A stretch of 64,000 nucleotides of DNA from an uncultured SAR86 cluster bacterium (GTDB taxonomy: Bacteria > Pseudomonadota > Gammaproteobacteria > Magnimaribacterales > AG-339-G14). This document shows positions 31,304 to 39,788 of the stretch, one piece after another; the stretch's first letter is position 1; every line of letters begins with the position of its first letter. The notes under the pieces were generated by a model. That model did not search any database and was not told where the DNA came from. It saw only the letters and a list, made by a program, of their open reading frames with translations. The stretch spans positions 24,121 through 88,120 of the forward strand of contig CABZES010000005.1 in assembly GCA_902524805.1 (NCBI GenBank), in the 5' to 3' direction. Position numbers and translations under genes: made by a program.

Positions 31304-31722
31304 CTAAACTTTTAACTACAATTGCGTTAATAGGAGTTTCAATAGTGCCAATTTTTCAAGATACAGGGATAACACATCTCCTTAATCCAGTTTGGGATGC
31401 CCATGCAAGGACTCATCTTGTTTGGATGATGGCTTCAAACTTTTTAATCTTTCTTCTGGCTATTTATGTTTTGTGGTTTAAACATATGGAATTACTCGCT
31501 GCTCTATTAAGCCTTTGCATGTTGATTGGCTATGATATCTCTGCTGTAACTATGCCCTTATATGATGGCGTTCCTTTGGGAGAAGGAGGTGTGGAGCCAA
31601 AACCCTTCGGAATTCCAATTAATCTTTTATTTTTTAATTTGATGTTAGTCATTCAAATTATCTCAACTAGTCTAATTTTAAGAAAAAGGAAAATAAGATT
31701 TTATGAATCAAGAAGACTTTAA
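31300..31722 (+). CDS. Uncharacterised 4-TM membrane protein with NPxW-x2-HAR-x-HLVW and MPxYDG motifs (paralogue A)
   Basis: 140 aa with a 4-nt overlap on the upstream gene. Clear homology to the 35198..35752 product. Confidence 0.7.
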   Translation: MTKLLTTIALIGVSIVPIFQDTGITHLLNPVWDAHARTHLVWMMASNFLIFLLAIYVLWFKHMELLAALLSLCMLIGYDISAVTMPLYDGVPLGEGGVEPKPFGIPINLLFFNLMLVIQIISTSLILRKRKIRFYESRRL

Positions 31723-31933
31723 CGTAATAAGATTTTTAGAATATTTAAAATATAGGGCTAATCATAACGAAGTCCCTTTGCCTTTGGATGAGGGCTTTAT
31801 TCTTGAGTCATTTCATATAGGCGTTAGATTTTTCTTCGGGGTAACTATTGATGACAATGGTTTGCCCATGCACGATGCGGAACAACCTTACGACGGGTTT
31901 CTCGAGGAATGGTTAGAAAGGACTGTCAATTAA
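31703..31933 (+). CDS. Hypothetical small protein
   Basis: 76-aa ORF packed between operon genes. No recognisable family. Confidence 0.45.
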   Translation: MNQEDFNVIRFLEYLKYRANHNEVPLPLDEGFILESFHIGVRFFFGVTIDDNGLPMHDAEQPYDGFLEEWLERTVN

Positions 31934-31935
31934 AA

Positions 31936-32355
31936 ATGATGCTAACTAAATTTTTTTCATTTTTTAATCTGCCTAACGGATTTTGGAGAAAACTGGCTCT
32001 GTTAAGTTTTTCTATTTTTTTTATCAGTGCTGGTATAGACCATTTTACCAATAAAGAATTTTATTTGTCTATTATGCCTCCTGCTTTCCCTTTACACCTA
32101 GAAGCGGTTTACTTAAGTGGGTTTTTTGAAGTACTTGGAGGATTAGGACTATTAATACCAAGGTTTAGAAAAATAGCTGCTCTTGGTTTATTTGCTTTAT
32201 TAATTGCTGTTTATCCTGCAAATATATATATGGCTTTATACCCAGAAGCCTTTCCACAATACTCCATCAATCTGCTCTATTTTCGATTGTTTTTACAATT
32301 TATTGCTTTTTATTGGGCTTACTCTTTATCAACAACAAGATTTAATCCACAATAA
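31936..32355 (+). CDS. DoxX-like family membrane protein
   Basis: AGIDHF....P..P........SG..E..GG.GLL.P..R..A..GL......YPANIYMA pattern. The ATG at 31936 is chosen because it lies 2 nt after the upstream stop; the ORF track start is 31909. Confidence 0.65.
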   Translation: MMLTKFFSFFNLPNGFWRKLALLSFSIFFISAGIDHFTNKEFYLSIMPPAFPLHLEAVYLSGFFEVLGGLGLLIPRFRKIAALGLFALLIAVYPANIYMALYPEAFPQYSINLLYFRLFLQFIAFYWAYSLSTTRFNPQ

Positions 32356-32361
32356 ATTTAT

Positions 32362-32754
32362 ATGAAAGTTCTATCTGAAACTCTTACACTCGATTGTCCT
32401 GCGGCTTCTTTATGGAGTATCCTTTCTGATGTTACTAGGTGTGACTGGGTCCCCACTATTGATTCAATAAATTTAGAGGGGGATTGTAGAGTTTTTGAGA
32501 TGGATGGCATGGGCAAAGTAAAAGAAAGAATCTTGTTATTAGATAATGAGTATATGAAATTGAAGTACTCAGCTGTAGAAACGCCTGCACCAATTGAGCA
32601 TCATTTAGCAACAATGCAAGTAACTGAAATAGACGATTTTAGTTGTCAATTAGATTGGACAACCGAAATCGATCCAGAAATATTTGCCGAAGCTATTCAT
32701 CAAGGGATGTTAGTATCAATTGAAGGGATAAAAAAGACTATTAAGCATTCTTAA
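32362..32754 (+). CDS. SRPBCC (START/polyketide-cyclase-like) ligand-binding protein
   Basis: 130 aa with the typical SRPBCC N-terminus (..L.C.A..LW..L.D......W.P.I.S). Confidence 0.65.
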   Translation: MKVLSETLTLDCPAASLWSILSDVTRCDWVPTIDSINLEGDCRVFEMDGMGKVKERILLLDNEYMKLKYSAVETPAPIEHHLATMQVTEIDDFSCQLDWTTEIDPEIFAEAIHQGMLVSIEGIKKTIKHS

Positions 32755-32944
32755 ATATATTTAAGATTAATCAAATGAATTTTATTTTTCTATGGGTTAT
32801 TTGGTCTTTGGTTTCTTATTTTGTCGTGCAAATAGTTTCTTACGAAAGAGTTTTAGAAAGTGATAGAAATAAAAACATAGAAATATTGGCTTGTCTTGTT
32901 TTTGGCGGAGTAATAAATTTAGTTTTATTTAGTATTTATTAATT

Positions 32945-34246
32945 ATGAAAGAAAAAATTAAAAAATTAAGAAACTATATTTTTTTTAAACTATATAAAGT
33001 TCTTATATCTTTTGAAAAATTTAGAAATAAAGGGTTTGCTTTAGATATTCTTTCTCCAGACTTTATCAAAGATCCTTACACGACATATTCAACTATGCGT
33101 TCTAAAAAACCTATTTATTATTCAGCACCGACTTTTTTATATTGGGTTACGAAAATGGACTTTGTTCAAGAAATGCTCAGAGATAAAAAATTCAGCGTTG
33201 ATGATAGAAAATATTCCATTGCCAAAAGAAGAAGAAGGGAGCTTATCAAAGATGGCAGAGAGATAATGTTAGATCAATTTGATAATCCAAGTATTTTAAA
33301 ATTGGATCCCCCAGATCATTCAAGAATTAGGAAGTTAGTTTCTTATGGTTTTACAAATAGATATATATCTTCACTTGAGTCCGAAATAAAAGAAACTATC
33401 AATGATTGTTTGGATAGAACTCATAACAAAGATTCGTTTGATTTAATTGATTCTTTAGCAAAACCTCTTCCTGCAATAGTTATTGCTAAGATGATGGGCT
33501 TGCCAAAAGAAGACTTAACTCAATTTCAAAATTGGTCTGAAGATTTATTACAAGAGGTTGGCGGAATAAGTTCTAATGCAATTCAAAGAAAACAAGCTAG
33601 GGATGCTTATGAAGAACTAATTAGATATTTTGAAAAAAAAATAATAGAAAGAAAAGATAACCCTGGAGAAGACTTCATAGGTAAATTAATACAAGCTGAA
33701 GAAGAGGGCGATAAATTAAATGTTAAAGAAATGTTTGGAACTTGTTTGCTTTTGCTCGTTGCTGGCCACGAAACAACAACTAGATTGATTGGAAATGGTT
33801 TGTATACTTTATTTAAACACCCAGAGCAGTTTAATTATTTAAAAGATAACTTTGAATTAATACCAAATGCAATTGAAGAAATAATGCGTTATGAACCTCC
33901 TGTCCACGCAACGGTTAGATTTGCTTATGACGACATAATTTATGATGATAAAAAATTCAAAAAGGGAACTCCTTTCGCAATAAGCATTGCTGGAGCCAAT
34001 AGAGATCCATCGGCAAATAAAAATCCAAATGAATTTGATATTAAAAGAGAGAATATTAAGCATGTTTCTTTCGGCTATGGACCTCATATGTGTATTGGAG
34101 CTCATTTAGCTAGAATGGAAACAAAACTTGCCTTTGAAGCGCTTTTTGAGAGATTTCCAAAAATGGAATTACTTGATAACGAACCCGAATGGGGAAGAAA
34201 TTTTATTTTTAGAGGTTTCGATCACCTACAAATTAAACCAAATTAA
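32945..34246 (+). CDS. Cytochrome P450
   Basis: 433 aa with I-helix LLLVAGHETTT, ExxR (EEIMRYEPP) and heme-Cys loop FGYGPHMCIGAHLA. Confidence 0.92.
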   Translation: MKEKIKKLRNYIFFKLYKVLISFEKFRNKGFALDILSPDFIKDPYTTYSTMRSKKPIYYSAPTFLYWVTKMDFVQEMLRDKKFSVDDRKYSIAKRRRRELIKDGREIMLDQFDNPSILKLDPPDHSRIRKLVSYGFTNRYISSLESEIKETINDCLDRTHNKDSFDLIDSLAKPLPAIVIAKMMGLPKEDLTQFQNWSEDLLQEVGGISSNAIQRKQARDAYEELIRYFEKKIIERKDNPGEDFIGKLIQAEEEGDKLNVKEMFGTCLLLLVAGHETTTRLIGNGLYTLFKHPEQFNYLKDNFELIPNAIEEIMRYEPPVHATVRFAYDDIIYDDKKFKKGTPFAISIAGANRDPSANKNPNEFDIKRENIKHVSFGYGPHMCIGAHLARMETKLAFEALFERFPKMELLDNEPEWGRNFIFRGFDHLQIKPN

Positions 34247-34250
34247 ACAA

Positions 34251-34445
34251 ATGAAAATATTAAAAGTTTTTGATAATGCAGAATTAATCTTAGTTGACTT
34301 AGAAGTAAATCTTGGAAAAAAAATACAAAGTTCTCCTACACTTTGTATAAAAATGGATGGCAAGATAATACCTCTTCATAGCGCACACGATGGCAGGCCT
34401 ATATTAATGAATATGGAAAATGCTATTGAAATTGAAGATAAATAG
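34251..34445 (+). CDS. Hypothetical small protein (64 aa)
   Basis: In-frame ATG 4 nt after the P450 stop; the ORF track's longer 34128 start overlaps the P450. No family recognised. Confidence 0.45.
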   Translation: MKILKVFDNAELILVDLEVNLGKKIQSSPTLCIKMDGKIIPLHSAHDGRPILMNMENAIEIEDK

Positions 34446-34450
34446 TCTTA

Positions 34451-35191
34451 ATGGTTCAAACAACAGAACTACAAAATTTAATTAACGAATGTTCTTATCC
34501 AGTTTTTTTCACTGGTGCAGGGGTAAGTACCGATTCAGGAATACCTGACTTTAGAGGCCCAAATGGTTTTTGGAAAAAAAATAAACCCATTTATTTTCAG
34601 GATTTTATTGCTTCTAAAGATGTAAGATCAAAGTACTGGGATCAAAGTATAGAATTCAAGAGCAATTTTGAGTCTTATTTGCCAAATGATGGTCACAAAG
34701 CGATTGCTCAAATTATAAATTCTAAAAACAATGGTCATTGCATCACTCAAAATATAGATAATCTTCATCAACATGGGGGCTTGCTAGATTCTCAAGTAAC
34801 AGAAATTCATGGAAACGCTACTTATGCACTTTGTTTGGATTGCAATAAAAAATTTACACTAGCAGCTATTCACAAAGATTATATAAATTCAAAAGAACCA
34901 CCATCTTGCGATGAATGTAAGGGCATTATAAAAACTGCCACAATTTCATTTGGACAACCAATGCCTGAAAAAGAAATGATGATAGCTCAAAGTGAAGCAT
35001 CCAAATGTGATCTATGTATTGTTGCAGGTTCATCTCTAGTTGTTTTTCCAGCTGCATCTATCCCTTTGTATGCTAAAGAGCAAGGAGCAAAACTCATCAT
35101 CATAAATAACGAATCTACCGATTTCGATAATATTGCAGATTTAGTTATTAATGAGAGTATTAGTCAAGCTTTAAAAAATTATTTGAAATAA
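34451..35191 (+). CDS. cobB: NAD-dependent protein deacylase (Sir2/CobB family)
   Basis: GAGVSTDSGIPDFRG, QNIDNLH, catalytic HG and zinc ribbon CLDC...CDEC. Confidence 0.9.
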   Translation: MVQTTELQNLINECSYPVFFTGAGVSTDSGIPDFRGPNGFWKKNKPIYFQDFIASKDVRSKYWDQSIEFKSNFESYLPNDGHKAIAQIINSKNNGHCITQNIDNLHQHGGLLDSQVTEIHGNATYALCLDCNKKFTLAAIHKDYINSKEPPSCDECKGIIKTATISFGQPMPEKEMMIAQSEASKCDLCIVAGSSLVVFPAASIPLYAKEQGAKLIIINNESTDFDNIADLVINESISQALKNYLK

Positions 35192-35197
35192 ACCTCA

Positions 35198-35752
35198 TTA
35201 TTTATAAAAAATAATTAAAGATGCATAAGTGCAAAAAATAAGAGAGGCTGAGATGGCTTGTACGTTTCTATCGATTTCAATTTGTTTTCTAAATAATGAA
35301 ATTTTTATTGGCGGTACGCCATTTACATCATTCAATTTTCCGTCATAAATAGGCATAAAAATTAAGGCAAACATAAAACTTAATAACCAAACGTAAAGAA
35401 TTATTATAGAAATTAATAAGTTCATTGCCGACGGAATCATCCAAAGTAAGACCAAAACTAAGACACCTGAAGCAACCAAAGCATTCACCTGCCATACCAA
35501 ATGAAATCTAGCGTGGCCAGTCCATAATGGATTAGTTGCGTGCGACTCATTAAAGTCAATTAGGGGAGCAATCAAAGCCAATCCTAAACATAAAGTAGAA
35601 AGAATTACCTTAGCTATAAATATTGATTCTAAGTTTGAAAAAAGCAAAGCCCAAATAGACCATAGAATAGTTAAGGCCACCGCTTTTCCAAAATTATCTT
35701 GTGCTTGTAAAGAAAAGGCAAATAATTTACTTCTTTTTTGGTTTTCTAACAT
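35198..35752 (-). CDS. Uncharacterised membrane protein with NPxW-x2-HAR-x-HLVW and MPxYDG motifs (paralogue B, N-terminally extended)
   Basis: 184 aa with a TAATG overlap on the upstream FAH gene. Homologous to the 31300..31722 product. Confidence 0.7.
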   Translation of the reverse strand: MLENQKRSKLFAFSLQAQDNFGKAVALTILWSIWALLFSNLESIFIAKVILSTLCLGLALIAPLIDFNESHATNPLWTGHARFHLVWQVNALVASGVLVLVLLWMIPSAMNLLISIIILYVWLLSFMFALIFMPIYDGKLNDVNGVPPIKISLFRKQIEIDRNVQAISASLIFCTYASLIIFYK

Positions 35753-36660
35753 TAATCTTCATCCTTTGGCAAAAAGCCTTTGAACATGTCTGGAAGAAAA
35801 TCTGCTCTTGAATGATCGGATACTCGAACACATTTATTTTCCATTTCTCCTAGGCCTTCAATTGTAGTTTTGAGAATATCTCCATCTTTAAGAAATATAC
35901 CTTGTGTTGCACCAACTCCTGCAGGCGTACCAGTCCAAATTGTATCTCCTACTTTGAGGGTCACAATCTCAGAAAGATAGGAGATGATAGTTGGTACATC
36001 AAAAATTAAGTCGTTGGTGTTGTCTTTCTGCATTATTTTTCCATTAAGCTTACATTCAAGGTCGAGACTTTTGTAATCATTAAGAGAATCTGGTGACACT
36101 AAATATGGTCCCATGGGGCCATAAGTATCAAAAGATTTTCCTAGATTAAACATTGGTGGCTGAGTAGCAAATTGAGCAGGGCGATCAGAAATATCTTGTC
36201 CAATACACATTCCTGCTACATGATTCCACCCATCTTCTTTTTTTATGTCTTTTCCCTCTTTTCCTATAACAACTACTAGCTCAGCTTCATAATCGACAAA
36301 ATCACTACGCATTTCAACATTAGCATTCGGCCCAACAAAACATGAAGTATGTTTTGTGAACACCATAGGAACTTCTGGAATTTCCATGCCACCTTCTTCT
36401 GCATGCCCTCTATAATTCAAACCTACCGCATACGAGTTTCTACTATTTGGAACTGGATTACCAAGTTCTATATCTGATAATTTTCCTGTTGGGGATATTT
36501 CTCCAAGACTGGACGATAAGTTATTAATTTCATCTATTGAAGAAAGAGCCTGAACGCTATCAGAGCTAACAGAACCATTTGATATTTGCTCCAGATCATA
36601 ATAGTTATCTTCGTTTATTAAAATTGCTCTATTATTTGAGGTACCTAATTTAAAACTCAT
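35752..36660 (-). CDS. Fumarylacetoacetate-hydrolase (FAH) family hydrolase/hydratase/isomerase
   Basis: 302 aa with VGLNYRGHA, PMVFTKHTS, DYEAELVVVIGK and GTPAGVG, the hallmark FAH-family blocks. Confidence 0.88.
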   Translation of the reverse strand: MSFKLGTSNNRAILINEDNYYDLEQISNGSVSSDSVQALSSIDEINNLSSSLGEISPTGKLSDIELGNPVPNSRNSYAVGLNYRGHAEEGGMEIPEVPMVFTKHTSCFVGPNANVEMRSDFVDYEAELVVVIGKEGKDIKKEDGWNHVAGMCIGQDISDRPAQFATQPPMFNLGKSFDTYGPMGPYLVSPDSLNDYKSLDLECKLNGKIMQKDNTNDLIFDVPTIISYLSEIVTLKVGDTIWTGTPAGVGATQGIFLKDGDILKTTIEGLGEMENKCVRVSDHSRADFLPDMFKGFLPKDED

Positions 36661-36672
36661 AATTACTCCTTT

Positions 36673-38190
36673 TTAGTTATTAAATCCTATTCTTATTTTC
36701 AAATCTTCTATTAAATCTGAAAGTGATACGTTTTCATTTGTTGATCCAAAAATATACTTATCAGGTCGAACGATATAAACCTTATCTTCTTGAACCATTG
36801 TCGACATCCACATATTGGAATCAACAAGTTCACTATCCAAGATCAGTATTTTTGAATTAATGGAGGATAAGAATTTTTTTTCATCCTCAGATAAAATAAT
36901 ATCTTTTCTAGCAACAATTGAAAAATAATCTCCTAGTAGGATATCGCATCTTTCTGTTATTTCACCATCATCAATTTTAACTGGTTGAGGAAATAACTGC
37001 CCTGACATAGATTCAGGATTTGATTTTCCTTCATAGAAAATTCCTTTATCCAGAGGGGGAATAATAAAAGATCCATATCCTTTGGCAACCAATTCGGCTG
37101 GAACATCCTCTTTGTTTTCAGTATGGGCATATGCTTCCATCAAAAGACCAATTCCTAAAGAGTTTTCTACAATATATTTAGCATGCTCCTTTCTTTCAAT
37201 TTGATAATTCTCCAATAAATTAGGTAAATTGTATTCAAAATCCATAATTATTTTCCAAGCTAAATTTTCTGCATCTCTACAACCTGTCATCATGCCTTCG
37301 CCCATAAAGGGAGGATTTTGATGAGCAGAATCGCCAATCAAAAAACAATTATCCTTTTGAAACTCTTCAGCCAATACTGAATGAAATTGGTAAATAGCTT
37401 TTCTAAGTATTTTGTATTCTTTAGGTTGTAGCCAAGGTGAAAGAAGCTTATTTATATTTTTATCAGATGAAAATTCTTCAATATTATCATCATCATGGAT
37501 TTCAAATTCCCATCTTTTGAAAGGCGAATGAGTGGGTATAAAAGTGCCAATTCTTTTTGGATCGCAAATTTGAATTGCAAATTCGCCTAATTCTTTTTCA
37601 GTAAGCAATTCAATATCAATTATTATCCAATCTCTATCGTAATTTAAATCTTCCTGTTTAATATTTTTTAATTCTCTTACCTTGCTGTTAGCGCCGTCTG
37701 CACCAATTAAGTACTTAAATTCGTAATTAATGGTTTCATTGGTGTTTAAATTTTTAATAGAACAGCTTGATTCATTTGAATCATTTATTTCTAACAATTC
37801 ATGTTCAACAAGAATGTCACAGCTTGAGTTTAATAATTTATTTCTTATCTCCCTATCAGTATAAGGTTGATGAAAAAACCTCATAGGAGGCCAACCGTTT
37901 GGGGTATTTAAACCTTTCATAGTCATTGGTTCGCCAATGAACTCTAAATTTTCATTGACAAAACCTGCTCCTCCAGGTGCATCGCTGTTTTTATAATATA
38001 TATTTTCTAAATCTAGCGATTGATGCATTCGCATGCCTTGGTCACTAATACTGACAGCTCTAGGAAGAGGGTAAATATCTTTTTCTTTATCAATAGCTAA
38101 TACTTTTAGCCCGTATTTTTCTAGCTTCAGAGCCATGAAACTTCCTACTGGCCCCAATCCAACAACTACTGCATCGTATTTTACATCCAT
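36673..38190 (-). CDS. FAD-dependent aromatic-ring hydroxylase (MhpA/PcpB-like flavoprotein monooxygenase)
   Basis: 505 aa with the GxGxxG dinucleotide fold (VVVGLGPVGS), GADG and GDSAHQNPPFMGEGMMTGCRDAENLAWK. Confidence 0.88.
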   Translation of the reverse strand: MDVKYDAVVVGLGPVGSFMALKLEKYGLKVLAIDKEKDIYPLPRAVSISDQGMRMHQSLDLENIYYKNSDAPGGAGFVNENLEFIGEPMTMKGLNTPNGWPPMRFFHQPYTDREIRNKLLNSSCDILVEHELLEINDSNESSCSIKNLNTNETINYEFKYLIGADGANSKVRELKNIKQEDLNYDRDWIIIDIELLTEKELGEFAIQICDPKRIGTFIPTHSPFKRWEFEIHDDDNIEEFSSDKNINKLLSPWLQPKEYKILRKAIYQFHSVLAEEFQKDNCFLIGDSAHQNPPFMGEGMMTGCRDAENLAWKIIMDFEYNLPNLLENYQIERKEHAKYIVENSLGIGLLMEAYAHTENKEDVPAELVAKGYGSFIIPPLDKGIFYEGKSNPESMSGQLFPQPVKIDDGEITERCDILLGDYFSIVARKDIILSEDEKKFLSSINSKILILDSELVDSNMWMSTMVQEDKVYIVRPDKYIFGSTNENVSLSDLIEDLKIRIGFNN

Positions 38191-38194
38191 GTTT

Positions 38195-39748
38195 TTATCT
38201 TAATTTCTTCAACGAGAGAAAAATGACAATGGTTAATAATACTATAGCTAATATGTAATACTTAAAAGCTTGAATCAAAATCCAAATGCTTATAAATATT
38301 GTCGATAATAGAGAAGGAGGATTATTAAATTCGTAATCACCTTCTAACCAAGGAGAACCCAACACGCTGCCTCCTTGTCTATCATCGCCATGAAGATAAG
38401 CATGAGCTGGATTCATATCGCCAACTACATCTCTTTCTTCATAAGAAGTAATTATTTTTTTCATTTTTTCAAATACTTCAGATTCAACTTCTGATAAATC
38501 ATTCTTTTCATAAGGATCTTTAATAATATTGAATAATTTATAAGATGCTGAAACAGGTATCAATTGAGGTTCAGACGAATACAATTTCCATTCACCATTG
38601 AACAAAGCTCTTTCATCAGAAATAACTCTTGAACCAATAAAAGCATTCTCTGGAGGAATTATTGTATTAGTTTTTAGGTTTACCCATTTATCTTTACCAT
38701 CAAATTTCATGTTATTTGAAATACTAATGCCTGATGCAGATAATAAGGTTGGTAAAATATCTTGCACAAAAAAGAATTGATCTGATTTTGATTTTTCAAT
38801 AACTCCTTTCCACCAAATGACAGCAGGGACTCTTATTCCGCCCTCAAGAGCTGAGGTTTTGCTTCCGTTCAAGCCTGCTGTACTCCCTTTGGCATTAATC
38901 AAGTTTGGAGCGATTACCTTTACTATTGGATCTATATCGAAAACAGGACCGTTATCACTAAAAAAAAGAACAATCGTTTCTTCTAAAATTCCTTCATCTT
39001 CAATTGCGTCAAGAATTTTTCCTATTTCAAAATCTAAGGCATTTACATTTGCTGCATAAACTTGATTTTTTTTATCATCAAGATAGGCAAATGATTCAAT
39101 ATTTTTAAGTGGGGCTTCGATAGGAGTATGAGGTGCGTTGAAAGCAACGTATAAAAATAGCGGACGATCCTTATCCTTGTTTTTAATTATATTTATTGCT
39201 TCATTGGCAATTAATTCCGTTGAGTATCCTTCTTCTTCTAAAGGTTTCCCATTTCTATGCCAATCTAATCGACCTGCTGCAGTATGATCAAAATATCCAA
39301 TTCCTCCAGTCATATGTCCATAGCTTGTTTCAAAGCCTCGATTAGTCGGCCAAAATTCTTTTTTAGCCATGCCAAGATGCCATTTACCTGATAATGCAGT
39401 TTGATATCCAGCTTCTTTAAAATATTGCGGCATAATTTTTAATTCGGGAGGCATACCTGTTTGTTCTGCAGCAGGATTCATGAAAGGTCTGACAACGCCA
39501 TGATTGAATATATGTAATCCTGTCAACATAGACGCCCTAGTGGGACTGCAAACAGGATTAGAATAAAATCTATTCATTTCCATCCCATCTTTAGCAAGCT
39601 GATCTATATTTGGAGTAGGTATATAGCCATCATGATAAGAAACATCACCCCAACCCAAATCATCAGTAAGAATAATTATCACATTCGGTTTCTCTAAAGA
39701 TAATAAATTTAACGAGCACACGAATAATGCAAGTAAAAAACAACGCAT
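38195..39748 (-). CDS. Cys-type (formylglycine) sulfatase, secreted, with a C-terminal hydrophobic anchor
   Basis: Signal peptide, metal site LTDDLGWGD, sulfatase signature CSPTRASMLTG and GKWHLG. The last ~45 aa form 1-2 hydrophobic helices. Confidence 0.9.
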   Translation of the reverse strand: MRCFLLALFVCSLNLLSLEKPNVIIILTDDLGWGDVSYHDGYIPTPNIDQLAKDGMEMNRFYSNPVCSPTRASMLTGLHIFNHGVVRPFMNPAAEQTGMPPELKIMPQYFKEAGYQTALSGKWHLGMAKKEFWPTNRGFETSYGHMTGGIGYFDHTAAGRLDWHRNGKPLEEEGYSTELIANEAINIIKNKDKDRPLFLYVAFNAPHTPIEAPLKNIESFAYLDDKKNQVYAANVNALDFEIGKILDAIEDEGILEETIVLFFSDNGPVFDIDPIVKVIAPNLINAKGSTAGLNGSKTSALEGGIRVPAVIWWKGVIEKSKSDQFFFVQDILPTLLSASGISISNNMKFDGKDKWVNLKTNTIIPPENAFIGSRVISDERALFNGEWKLYSSEPQLIPVSASYKLFNIIKDPYEKNDLSEVESEVFEKMKKIITSYEERDVVGDMNPAHAYLHGDDRQGGSVLGSPWLEGDYEFNNPPSLLSTIFISIWILIQAFKYYILAIVLLTIVIFLSLKKLR

Positions 39749-39788
39749 GAGTAGTTTCCCCTAGTAGTTACAAATTAGTATAGCTTAG

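Noticed and set aside
32775-32912. 45-aa hydrophobic ORF in the gap before the first P450
   Set aside because: It is short, has no SD and no recognisable family, and my first reading of its length was wrong until I recounted. There is not enough evidence to call it.
34128-34250. Longer version of the small ORF (track 34128..34445)
   Set aside because: The first 41 codons overlap the 3' end of the P450 in another frame. The internal ATG at 34251 starts 4 nt after the P450 stop.
34451-35191. SIR2-domain protein as an anti-phage defence effector (Thoeris/DSR/SIR2-HerA type)
   Set aside because: It is a compact 246-aa canonical CobB-like sirtuin with an intact zinc ribbon and catalytic motifs. 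There is no fused sensor domain and no HerA, TIR or pAgo partner nearby.
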